A model generated the notes under the pieces. The model saw only the letters and a list, made by a program, of their open reading frames with translations. It ran no database searches and was not told where the DNA came from. A stretch of 64,000 nt of DNA from Squalus acanthias (lineage: Eukaryota). The position numbers were made by a program, and so were the translations under genes. Each line of letters opens with the position of its first letter. Position 1 is the stretch's first letter. This document shows positions 49,241-60,700 of this stretch, one piece after another. The stretch spans positions 146,756,001 through 146,820,000 of the forward strand of contig CM059432.1 in NCBI GenBank assembly GCA_030390025.1, in the 5' to 3' direction.

Positions 49241-50620
49241 TGAGTGTCTCCGCTTCCACCACTTCCATCAGCAGTGAATTCCAGGTCCTCACCACTCGCT
49301 GCGTAAAAAAGTTTTCCCTCACATCCCCCCTGTATCTCTTGCCCAAAACCTTAAATCTGTGTCCCCTAGTCCTTGTACCATCAACTAGTGGGAACAGCCT
49401 TTCCCCATCTAGCCTATCCAAACCCGTCATAATCTTGTACACCTCTATTAAATCACCCCTCAATCTCCTTTGCTCTAATGAAAACAAATCCAGCTTCTCC
49501 AACCTGTCCTTGTAACTAAGATCCCCCATCCCCGGAACCATTCTGGTAAATCTCCTCTGCACCTTCTCAAGGGCCTTCACATCCTTCCTAAAGTGTGGTG
49601 ACTAGAACTTGTTTTATGTTCCTTGATAATTTAATTTCATAGTTCCTCTTTGCCTTCCTAATTGTTTTTCTGACTTCTCTCCTAATCTCTTCGTATTCTC
49701 TCTTGTCATGCTTTCCCCTGCTGTCCATGTACTTAGTGTATGCCTCTGTCCTTAGCCTCAATTTCTCCCTAATGTCTTTATTCATCCATGGTGTCTCATT
49801 AGTGTTTCGCTTGTTTTTTTTAGCAGAATATATTTTTCCTGGACTCTGTTGAACACCGTTTTAAATGTTTCCCATTGCTTTTCTACATCATTGTTTGCCA
49901 ATATTGTTGTCCATGTTATTTTCCCAAGTTATATTCTCAGCCCCTCAAAATCAGCTTTTCTCCAATCTATTACCCTGTTCTTCATCATACTTATGTCCTT
50001 CTCAATTATTATCTTAAAGTGTATTATATTATGGTCACTGTTGCCTAGATGCTCCCCTACATTTACTTCTCATATCTGCTCTGGTTCATTCCCCATTACT
50101 ACATCCAGTAGGGAATCCTCCCTTGTCAGGCTTCTTACGTAATGGGTTAGAAAGGAGTCTTGTACACATCATAGGAACTCCATTCCCTTATCACCCTTAC
50201 CTACCTCTTCTGGCCAATTAATTTTGGGTAATTGAAATCCCCATGATTATTATTATGTTTTTACTCATTTCCCAAATTTGTTTGCATATTTCTTCTTCCA
50301 CCTCCCTTTCATGATTAGGTGGTTTGGATACTATCCATATTAGTGTGATTGATCCTTTATTATCTTTTATCTCTCTCCACATGGATACTATTTCTGTCTT
50401 ACTGATAGCTGCATCACATCTTTCTACTGCCATTATGTTATCACTAATAGGTATAGCTACTCCACCTCCCCTTTATCCCTCTCTAAATATATTGCACCCT
50501 GCAATGTTTAATTCCCAGTCTCGCTTTTTCTCTAGCCATGTCTCAGTTATCCCTACTATATCTGGTTTCTTGCAACATATTATTGCCTCCAGTTCCCCTG
50601 TTTTATTACGGACACTGTAT

Positions 50621-51297
50621 AAACATAAGAACATAAGAATTGAGAGCAGGAGTCGGCCATACAGCCCTTTGAGCCTGCTCCGCCATTCAGTAAGATCATT
50701 GCTGATCTTTGACCTCAACTCTACTTTCCCGCCCCATCCCCATATCCCTTGATTCCCCTCGAGTCCAAAAATCTATCGATCTCAGCCTTGAATATACTCA
50801 ACGACTGAGCTTCCACAGCCCTTTGGGGTAGAGAATTCCAAAGATTCACAACCCTCTGAGTGAAGAAATTCCTCCTCATCTCAGTCTTAAATGGCCGACC
50901 CCTTATCCTGAGACTATGCCCCCTAGTTCTAGACTCTGCAGCCAGGGGAAACAACCTGTCAGCATCTACCCTGTAAATCCCCCTCAGAATCTTATATGTT
51001 TCAATGAGATTAACTCTCATTCTTCTAAACTCCAGAGAGTTTAGGCCCAATCTACTCAATCTCTCCTCACAGGACAGCCCTCTCATCCCAGGGATCAATT
51101 GAGTGAACCTTAGTTGCACCGCCTCTAAGGAAAGTATGTCCTTTCTCAGATAAGGAGATCAAAACTATGCACAGTACTCCAGGTGTGGTCTCACCAAAGC
51201 CCTGTACAATTGTAGCAAGACTTCCTTACCCTTGTACTCCAACCCCCTTGCAATAAAGGCCAACATGGCACTTGCCTTCCTAATTGCTTGCTGTACC
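50621..51297 (-). mobile_element. CR1 3' fragment; continues at 54331-54415 beyond the inserted LINE
   Basis: ORF 50721-51119; junction CTTGCTGTACC|TGTATGCCAACTTTCTGTG restores the CR1 QKV.(M/I)QVQQAIRKA segment. Confidence 0.9.
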
Positions 51298-54200
51298 TTT
51301 TTTTTAAATTTGTTCCTGGGATGTGAGCATCACTGGCAAGGCCAGCATTTATTGCCCATCTCTAATTGCCCTTGAGAAGGTGGTGGTGCGCCACCTTCTT
51401 CAACCGTTGCAGTCCGCGTGGTGAAGGTACTCCCATAGTGCTGTTAAGTAGGATTTTGACCTAGTGATGATGAAGGAATGGCGATATATCCAAGTCAGGA
51501 TGGTGTTCCCATGCGCCTGCTGCACTTTTCCTTCTAGGTGGTAGAGGTCGCCGGTTTGGGAGGTGCTGTCAAAGAAGCCTTGGCGAATTGCTGCAGTGCA
51601 TCTTGTAGATGGTACACACTGCAGCCACGGTACGCCGGTGGTGGAGGGAGTGAATGTTTAAGGTGGTGGATGGAGTGCCAATCAAGCGGGCTGCTTTGTC
51701 CTGGATGGTGTCGAGCTTCTTGAGTGTTGTTGGAGCTGCACTCATCCAGGCAAGTGGAGAGTATTCCATCACACTCCTGACTTCTGCCTTGTAGATGGTG
51801 GAAAGGCTTTGGGGAGTCAGGAGGTGAGACACTTGCCGCAGAATACCCAGCCTCTGACCTGCTCTTGTTGCCACAGTATTTATGTGGCTGGTCCAGTTAA
51901 GTTTCTGGTCAATGGTGACTCCCAGAATGTTGATGGTGGGGGATTCGGTGATGGTAATGCTGTTGAATGTCAAGGGGCGGTGTTTAGACTCTCGCTTGTT
52001 GGAGATAGTCATTGCCTGGCACTTGCGTGGCGTGAATGTTACTTGTCACTTCTCAGCCCAAGCCTGAATGTTGTCCAGGTTTTGCTGCATGTGGGCATGG
52101 ACTGCTTCATTATCTGAGGAGCTGCGAATGGAACTAACACTGCAATTAGCGAACATCCCCACTTCTGACCTTATGATGGAGGGAAGGTCATTGATGAAGA
52201 TGGTTGGGCTTAGGACACAGCCTTGAGGAACTCCTGCAGCGATGTCCTGGGGCTGTGATGGATTGACCTCCAACAACCACAACCATCATCCTTTGTGCTA
52301 GGTATGCCTCCAGCCAGTGGATAGTTTTCCCCTTGACTTCAATTTTACTGGGGCTCCTTGATGCCACACTCGGTCAAATGTTGCCTTGATGTCAAGGGCA
52401 GTCACTCTCACCTCACCGCTGGAATTCGGCTCTTGTGTCCATGTTTGGACCAAAGCTGTAATGAGGTCTGGAGCCGAGTGGTCCTGGCGGAACCCAAACT
52501 GTGCATCGGTGAGCAGGTGCCGCTTGATAGCACTGTCGACGACACCTTCCATCACTTTTCTGATGATTGAGAGTAGACTGATAGGGCGGTAATTGGCCAG
52601 ATTGGATTTGTCCTGCTTTTTGTGAACAGGACAGACCTGGGCAGTTTTCCACATTGTTGGGTAAATGCCAGTGTTGTAACTATACTAGAACAGCTCGGCT
52701 AGTTCTGGAGCACAAGTCTTCAGCCCGAAAGCCGGGATGGTGTCGGGGCCCATAGCCTTTGCTGTATCCAGTGCGCTCAGCCGTTTCTTGATATCACGTG
52801 GAGTGAATTGAATTGGCTGAAGTCTGGCTTCTGTGATGGCGGGGACCTCAGGAGGAGGCCGATAAGGATCATCCACTCGGCACTTCTGGCTGAAGATGGT
52901 TGCAAACGCTTCAGCTTTGTCTTTTGCACTCGCGTGCTGGGCTCCATCATCATTGAGGATGGGGATATTCATGTTAGTTGTTTAATTGCCCACCACCATT
53001 CACGACTGGATGTGGCAGGACTGCAGAGTTTTGATCTGATCCGTTGATTGTGGGAACATGCATGCTGCTTCGCATGCATGTGGTCCTGTGTTGCAGCTTC
53101 CCCAGGTTGGCATCTCATTTTTAGGTACGCCTGATGCTGCTCCTGATTGAACCAGGGTTGGTCCCTTGGCTTGATGGTAATGGTAGAGTGAGGGATATAC
53201 CGGGCCATGAGGTTGCATTCAATTCTGCTGCTACTGATGGCCACAGCGCCTCATGGATGCCCAGTTTTGAGCTGCTAGATTGGCTCTGAATCTATCCCAT
53301 TTAGCACAGTGGCAGTGTCACACAACACGATGGAGGGTGTCCTCAGTGTGAAGACGGGACTTCTTCTCTGTGCGGTGGTCACTGCTACCAATGCTGTCAT
53401 AGACAGGTAGATTGATGAGGAAGAGGGCAAGTAGGTTTTTCCCTCGTGTTGGTTCTCTCACCAACTGCCTGCTCTTCAGGACTCAGCCAGTAGTGGTGCT
53501 ACCGAGCCACTCTTGGTGATGGACATTCTGTGCCCTTGCTACCCTCAGTGCTCAACATGGAGGAGTACTGATTCATCAGCTGAGGGAGGGCAGTAGGTGG
53601 TGGTAATCAGCAGGAGGTTTCCTTGCCCATGCTTGGACTTCATGGGGTCAATGTTGAAGACTCCCAGGGCCACTCCCTCCCACTGTGCCACCACCTCAAG
53701 TGGGTCTGTCTTGCTGGTGGGACAGGACATATTCATGGTGATGGAGGAGTCTGGGACATTGGCTGAAAGGTATGATTCTGTGAGTATGACTATGTCAGGC
53801 TGTTGCTGTGGGATATCTCTCCCAATGGTTGATGTAAGTCCAGATGTTAGTGAGGAGGACTTTGCAGGGTCGACTGGGCTGGGTGTGCCCTTGTGTCTGA
53901 AGTCGGTGCCGGGTGGTCTGTCTGGTTTTAATTCTTGTTATTGTTAGTTAGAACTGAGTGGCTTGCTGGGCCATTTCAGAGGGCAGTTAAGAGTCAACCA
54001 CATTGGGTAGGTCTGGAGACACATATCGGCCAGACCGGGTAAGGACGGCAGATTTCTTCCCTAAACATAGAAGATAGGAGCAGGAGTAGGCCATTCGGCC
54101 CCTCGAGCCTGCTCCGCCATTCGATGAGATCATTAGTGAAACAGCTGGGTTTTTACGACAACCTGGTAGTTTCATCGTCACCATTACTGATACTGGCTTT

Positions 54201-54330
54201 TTATTTCAGCTTTATTTAATTAACTGAATTTAAATTCCCCAGCTGCTAGTGGTGGGATTTGAACTCACGTCGTTAGTCTAGGTCTACTTGGATTACTAGT
54301 CCAGTAACATAACCACTATACTACCGTTCC
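51298..54330 (-). mobile_element. Decayed EN+RT LINE (CR1/L2 supergroup, not canonical CR1) with a tRNA-derived 5' head and poly(A) tail
   Basis: KVLLTNIW, QPDIVILTESYL, KAMGPD, NYRPISLLS, QFGFR, LDIKATFDRVWH, GVPQG, VRSVMEYSPLAW; head with A and B boxes; T-run at 51298-51305. Confidence 0.85.
54255..54323 (-). promoter_or_regulatory. Pol III type 2 internal promoter (A box + B box)
   Basis: A box TAGTATAGTGG (54323-54313), B box GAGTTCAAATCC (54266-54255). Confidence 0.75.
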
Positions 54331-55041
54331 TTGTATGCCAACTTTCTGTGTTTCCTGTATGAAGACAGCTAAATCTCTCTGAACACCTACATTTAATTGT
54401 TTCTCACTATTTAAAAAATGGCCCCCTCCTGTGCTGTAAATTTCTGTGATTCTATGATTTAAAGGGCCAATCCAAAGATGGAATGAGGAGAATTTGTGAG
54501 TTGGAAGCAAGAAAGGAAAAACTTTGACAATGGATTCAGGATGCTCAAAGGCAAATGTTGAACTATACAGCCAACACAAGTCAGGACTGCTTGTTGTCAG
54601 TGGCATTGGGGAGGATGGGAAGAATGGCCGATGTATATGGTCCTGACATCGGACAAGTGGTGGTAACTAACTACCTTGCATTAATAAGGGCATCCCTGGC
54701 ATCCTGGGCAGCAGTGTAACCAGCTGGTTTCTGCATTGGCATTGTCACTTTCCTCCTCCTCATCTTCATCCTTTTCCTCTACCCTTACATCTTTACACTG
54801 ATCGGCATAAATTCTATCTCCCATTTTTCTACCCACTTACATATTTTGTCCAATGCACTCTGTAATTTCTCAGCTGCACCCTCTGATTTCACTGCCCTCC
54901 TAGTTAGGTATCATTTGCAAATTTGACACATTTGCATCTAAAAGTGTAAAATAAAAGTTAAAATAGAAAATGTAGAAAAAAAGAGAATAGAGAGGAAAAA
55001 GTAAAGCGCTCAGTCCAGGTGTAAAGTTTTTAATACTTTAT

Positions 55042-57287
55042 GGCCTAGAAATTCGGGAGTTTAGTTAAAAATGGCGGATGCCTCACTTCCGCCCGCTTCC
55101 AGCGCGGGACACGACGGCCGCTATTTTGGTAAGGGCCGTAGTGCCGCCATTGACCACGCTGGCCTCTGAAATGCAAATGAGCAGATCGTGACGTCAATTG
55201 CCGCGCAACACCTGACTCGACGCCATGACTGGTAATTTGGACGTTTTCATTCATCATTACGCCGGGTCCTAATCACGCTCAGAAAAGCATGCGTGAAGCA
55301 GCCCTGCAGAGACACTGTCAGCGCTTCGAAATGGGACACACACACCTTTCAGGTAAGTTTGGATTTAAACTTTTGGACTTTTCTTTTACATTTTATTGAA
55401 GTAGTGGCTTGGTGTAATAGATGTTAAAAGTTTTTGAAGTGTGCAGGGAGTACGGCTGGATGCTTGAAAGGCTTTGGATGGTAAAGGGAGGCCTCTGAGC
55501 AGACAGAAAATGTTGGAAGTACTCAGCAGCTCAGGCAGCATCCTTGGAGAGAGAAACAGAGTTAACGGCTCTGGTCGAGATGCTGCCTGACCTGCTGAGG
55601 ATTTCCAGCATTTTCTGCTTTTATGTCAGATTTCCAGCATCCGCTCACAGAGCGAAGAGGAAGACGTAGAAGAGAAGGAAGCAGAAGAGGAAGACGCAGA
55701 AGGAAGGACGCATCCCACACAGCCCCTTTCTGGCCGGGATATCCGTGATGGAATCATCTGACTGTGGTACCAGTGACCATAACCCCAATTCCCCTTTCAA
55801 CAATAGTCCCACACCTTCCCTTCCCTCTGTTACTGACCATCACAGCATCCTCTTGACCACAATGCTGAATTAAAAGCCACCACAAAGCAAACTTTCCAAT
55901 CCAATTTTATCCATATATGCATCCAATATGACATCAAGAAATCAACTCATCATCCTTGTGCATTCCCTTAGCCTTTGCCTATCCTACTGATGTCATGCAG
56001 TTCTACCCCAGTGGCTGCAGTATGGCCGCTGACTTTTAGTGGGGACACTGCAGATGGCCTTGCAGAATGACCTCGAGGAGCTGGTGGCTGGGAGTGTGAA
56101 ATCAAGTGAGAGTGTTGTTTCTTCTTCTTCTTCTTCTTCACTCTCCTTCTCCCTCTTCTTGGTCACCCATTGACTGGGCAGGCTGGATTTCTTGGATGTC
56201 TGAAATGAGGAAGGCACAAGGGTAGGGTTGTGGTGAGGGGAGGCGGGAAGCTAGAGGTGCATGCTTACATGATGCGCACCTTGTAAATCAGAAGGTATTG
56301 TGGGATGAGGGGGAAGTGGGATGTGAGAAGGAGGATAACATATGAAGATACCAGCATCTTGCATCCTTTCAGCCCCGCCGCTGGCCAAGGGCTCAGCCAT
56401 GCCCCTGCCAAGAATGGCCAGCACCGTCTCCTCCAAGGGGGTGAGGTGCAGCTAGGAATGTGAGGTGTGCCTCGTGTTTGGTACAGATTGTTGGTAGTTG
56501 AGTGATGGGTGGCTGGTGGAAGTCGTGCATTGAGCAGTGTCTGAGGCTAGTGGTGCGGTTGGTAGGAGATGGCTTTTGAAGATGTATTCACTGACCTTGA
56601 CCACTGGTCTGAGGTCATGAAACTTCTTAGTGCACTGGTGCCAGGTCCTGGGGGGGCGACGCTGCTGACAGTGACGGCCTCGGTGATCTGGTCCAACATC
56701 GTTCTTTCTGGAGAGACTCCTGGCCCCCTATGGGTAGAGGGCCTGTCCTGCAGTATTGACCCCCTGCACAAAGCTGGAGTGCTGTGTGCGAGACCCTGGG
56801 TGCCCCTTCCATGGCTTGCTGAGCCATTTGTGTTAGTGCTGAAGCACTTATACCATTTTATTATGTGCGGAAGGCATTTCAGCTTTAAGAGCTGAAGACT
56901 GTCATTTCGGAATTATTTTTAATATTTTTTTTTCAGAAGGCAGTTGAGCTCTAAGGGCTAAAGGCTGCCTATTTTTAAATGACTTTTATTTTTTTCATTT
57001 TAGAAGGCAGTTCCCCTTTAAGGGATCGATGCTGCTTTCTAAAATGACAGCCTTGCTTTAAGACAACGCTGCCTTGTTTCAGGGACGCTACAGCCACGCT
57101 ACCTTGGGCCTCCTGCGGAGTCTACCGCCCGAAACAGCGTGTTACGCGGCAGGTTTTGCGCTCCGCTCATGTAAATCAGCAGGGAGCCCCAAAATACCGG
57201 GGCTGCCTGCGCTCTTTTTGTGGGCGGCCGTTAACTTTGGCCTGCAGAGGCACCGGCCGTTTCCCGGCCTAATCGGATTTCTAGGCC
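55042..57287 (+). mobile_element. Non-autonomous Harbinger (2246 bp): transposase replaced by a Penelope-derived hairpin, decayed Myb gene
   Basis: TIRs GGCCTAGAAAT / ATTTCTAGGCC, TSD TAT; Myb remnants at 55993-56827 on the minus strand. Confidence 0.88.
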
Positions 57288-57552
57288 TATATGCTTTATT
57301 AGTATCCCATTAATATTTCAGTAACAAAGGTACTTCCGACATCCCAGTAGTATTATAGGTAATAATTCAATATCATGGAGTGTGAGATGAAATGTTAGAA
57401 AATTCGCTTGCCTTGAGGTCTAGAATTCCCTGAAGGGATTAAACTGGTATCATGAAACTAAATGATATGTACCAAATTGCAAAGCTTTAAGCAAGACTAG
57501 AAATTACATTTTTTTTTCCCACTGACTGATAGTTGTGTGGATTTGCTTCCAG

Positions 57553-57990
57553 GAACATAGGAGCAGGAGGAGGCCATTCAGCCCCTCGAGCCTGCTCCGC
57601 CATTCAATGAGATCATGGCTGATCTGTGACCTAACTCCATCTACCCGCCTTTGGCCCATATCCCTTAATACCTTTGGTTAATGGAAAGCTATTAATCTCC
57701 GATTTAAAATTAACAATTAATCTAGCATCAACTGCTGTTTGCGGAAGAGAGTTCCAAACTTCGACCACCCTTTGTGTGTAGAAGTGTTTCCTAATTTCAC
57801 TCCTGAAAGGTCTGACTTTAATTTTTAGACTCTGCCCCCTAGTCCTAGAATCCCCAACCAGCGGAAATAGTTTCTCTCTCTCTACCCTATCAGTTCCCCT
57901 TAATATCCTGAAAACTTCGATCAGATCACCCCTTAACCGTCTAAATTCTAGGGAATACAACCCTAATTTGTGTAATCTCTCCTCGTAACT
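57553..57990 (-). mobile_element. CR1 3' fragment
   Basis: ORF 57631-58005 [24 protein letters not shown]. Confidence 0.9.
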
Positions 57991-58179
57991 TCTCATGAAA
58001 AGCAAATATAAAGTTGGTTAATTCCTTTAATAGGAGCTGAACGATTATCTGATTAAAGATGGAATTGAGGGTTGAGGGAGAAATATAGAAGTAGGTGACC
58101 AAATGTTCGATGGAATATTAAGATTACGGTTTTGTATGGAATGTGGGTCACTAAGGAATTCAACTGGTCAGGGATGTGT

Positions 58180-58955
58180 AACAACAACAACAACTTGTCT
58201 TTATATAGCGCCTTTAACATAGTAAAACGTCCCAAGGCGCTTCACAGGAGTATTTTAAGACAAAAAATTTGACACCGAGCCACATAAGCATAAATTAGGG
58301 CAGGTGACCAAAAGCTTCGTCAAAGAGGTAGGTTTTAACATAGAAACATAGAAACTAGGAGCAGGAGTAGGCCATTCGGCCCGTCGAGCCTGCTCCACCA
58401 TTCAATACGATCATGGCTGATCATCCAAATCCAGTACCCTGTCCCTGCTTTCTCACACAGAATCCCCATCGAGCCTGCACCGACACATATCCCACCCTAT
58501 CCCCGTAACCCCACGTATTTAATTCCCCCTAACATATCCCATCCTATCCCTGTAACCCCACATATTTTAATCCCCCCCTAACACTAAGGGTCAATTTATC
58601 ATAGCCAAATCAACCTAACCCGCACATTTTTGGACTGTGGGAGGAAACCGGAGCACCCGGAGGAAACCCACGCAGACACGGGGAGAATGTGCAAACTCCA
58701 CACAGACAGTCACCCGAGGCCAGATTTGAACCCGGGTCCCTGGCGCTGTGAGGCACCAGTGCTAACCACTATGCCACCGTGTTGCCCAGGAGTGTCTTAA
58801 AGGAGGAAAGAGAGGTAGCGAGGAGGAGAGGTTTAGGCAGGGAATTCCAGAGCTTAGGGCCTAGGCAACAGAAGGCACGGCCACCAAAGGTTGAGCGATT
58901 ATAATCAGGGATCCTCAAGAGGGCAGAATTAGAGGAGCGCAGATATCTCGGGACG
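58180..58955 (-). mobile_element. L2 3' end interrupted at 58339-58787
   Basis: Matches 27632-27960; rejoins as GGTTTTA|AGGAGTGTC. Confidence 0.85.
58455..58787 (-). mobile_element. V-SINE (HE1-like)
   Basis: Near-identical to 28518-28800; A/B boxes and V-domain. Confidence 0.85.
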
Positions 58956-59526
58956 TTGCTTAAATGTTAAAGATCCACTGATTTCCTTACTTTCTGCTGG
59001 ATTATGTTTGGTGGTAGTTAGGATAGAATGTCAAAGACTTAGGCCTCAAAATTTGACACCACAGCGCTGGCAGTTAAGGCCGGTTTTGGGGGAAAAATTG
59101 GCTCCCGCCCCGCTTCTGCCCACGTCTGGTGTGGCGCGCGCTGGTCGCCTTCTGGTGAGGGTGGTAGCGCGGGCGGGAAGTGCGTGTGGCGGCAGTATTC
59201 AGAGTAGGCAGATCGCAACGCTGATTTGACGCACGGCCTGCCATTTTGGACATCGCCGTTCCAAACAACGCCCTCTGCTAAACACACACAGCTGAATGTG
59301 CGTTCGGCTGCACAAGGGCCCCCCACCAGCGCTCTTTAAAGGGATACATCCAACTTGCAGGTAAGTTGACTATTTCTCTTGTACTGTCTCTTGCAGAGTT
59401 TGTATCAATACTAGCTTGCTGGAAGACATTTATTATGTTGTTACAGTGTGCAGGGAGTGCTGCTGAATGTTGGGAAGGAATTGGCTGCAACGGGAAGGCC
59501 TCTGAGTACACCACTTGCTCCCAGTC

Positions 59527-60700
59527 ATGGGGGCTCTAGTTGCAGTCCCCCTCGCGCTGCAGCATGACAGGGAGATGGAGCAGAGGCAGCAAAGACAAGC
59601 TGCTCGCAGAGGGAGGAGGAGGGGAAGGAGGAGGGCTCTCAGCAGGAGGCCTTACCCACCTAGGGTCTTCAGGGAGCACTTCTCATACCTGCACGTAAAC
59701 AAGGAGCAGTGTGTTCGGCGACCCCGCTTCACCAAGGAGGTGGTCAGAGAACTCTTCCAACTCCTGGAACCAGAGCTGCAGCCTCAGAGCATGCAACCAC
59801 GGCTCTCCCAGTGGCCCTCAGGGTCATCATGGCCCTGAATTGTTTCCCCAGTGGATTCTTCCAGGCTGGAACAGGCGACATAGCAAACATCTCACAGTTC
59901 GCTGTCCATCGCTGCATCTGGGAGGTCACAGAGGCTCTGTACTCCAGGAGAAGGGACTTCATTGTCTTCTCCCTGAACAGAGAGAAGCAGGAGGAGCGCA
60001 CACGTAGCTGTGCCAGGATATCGGGTTTCCCCATGGTGCAGGGCACCATCGACTGCACACACGTGGCTTTGCCAGGATATCGGGTTTCCCCATGGTGCAG
60101 GGCACCATCGACTGCACACACGTGGCTTTGTGGGCGCCGGATATCAATGCTGAGATGTACTGTAACCGCAACGGTTACCACACACTTTAATGTGCAGTTG
60201 TGCACCGCGCCCAGCACATCATGATGGTGAATGCCCACTATCCTGGCAGCAGTCATGATGCCTTCATCCTGCGCCAGTCTGCTGTGCCAGCAATCTTCCA
60301 GGTACCACATTGAACCCGAGGGTGGCTGTTCGGAGAAAAGGGCTATCCGCTCTAAACCTGGCTGATGACTCCCCTCCGCAACCTCACCACTCATGGCCAG
60401 CAATCATATAATGACAGCCATCGAGCAGACCAGTGAGGTGCTCAAGCAATGGTTCCGCTGCCTTGACCGCTCGGGAGGAGCTCTCCAGTATTCACTGGAG
60501 TGGGAGTCCCAATTCGTAGTGGTCTGCTGCATCCTCCTCAACTTGGCCATCAGCACTTGCCATCACTGGTTCCACGACCACCTCAGGGGGAAGAGGTGGA
60601 GGAGGAAGGGGAGGAGGAGGAGGAAGGGAGGAGACAGCCTGCAAATCCCCGTTCTGGACGGGATGTCCGTGAGCGCATCATCAGACTCTGGTTCCCCTGA
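59527..60700 (+). pseudogene. Harbinger transposase pseudogene
   Basis: MGALVA..RRPYPPRVFREHFSYL, ISQFAVHRCI, GTIDCTH, PGSSHDA, IEQTSEVLKQWFRCL; many frameshifts. Confidence 0.9.

Larger units (their letters stand above)
46770..50618 (-). mobile_element. CR1 copy (46770-47285 + 49608-50618) split by a nested CR1 3' end (47286-49603)
   Basis: Both parts match 3820-5310 in reverse and rejoin at ..AATATTTTACTG|TTTTATGTTCC; nested CR1 gives ORF 49206-49580 and a CATAGAGT tail. Confidence 0.85.
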
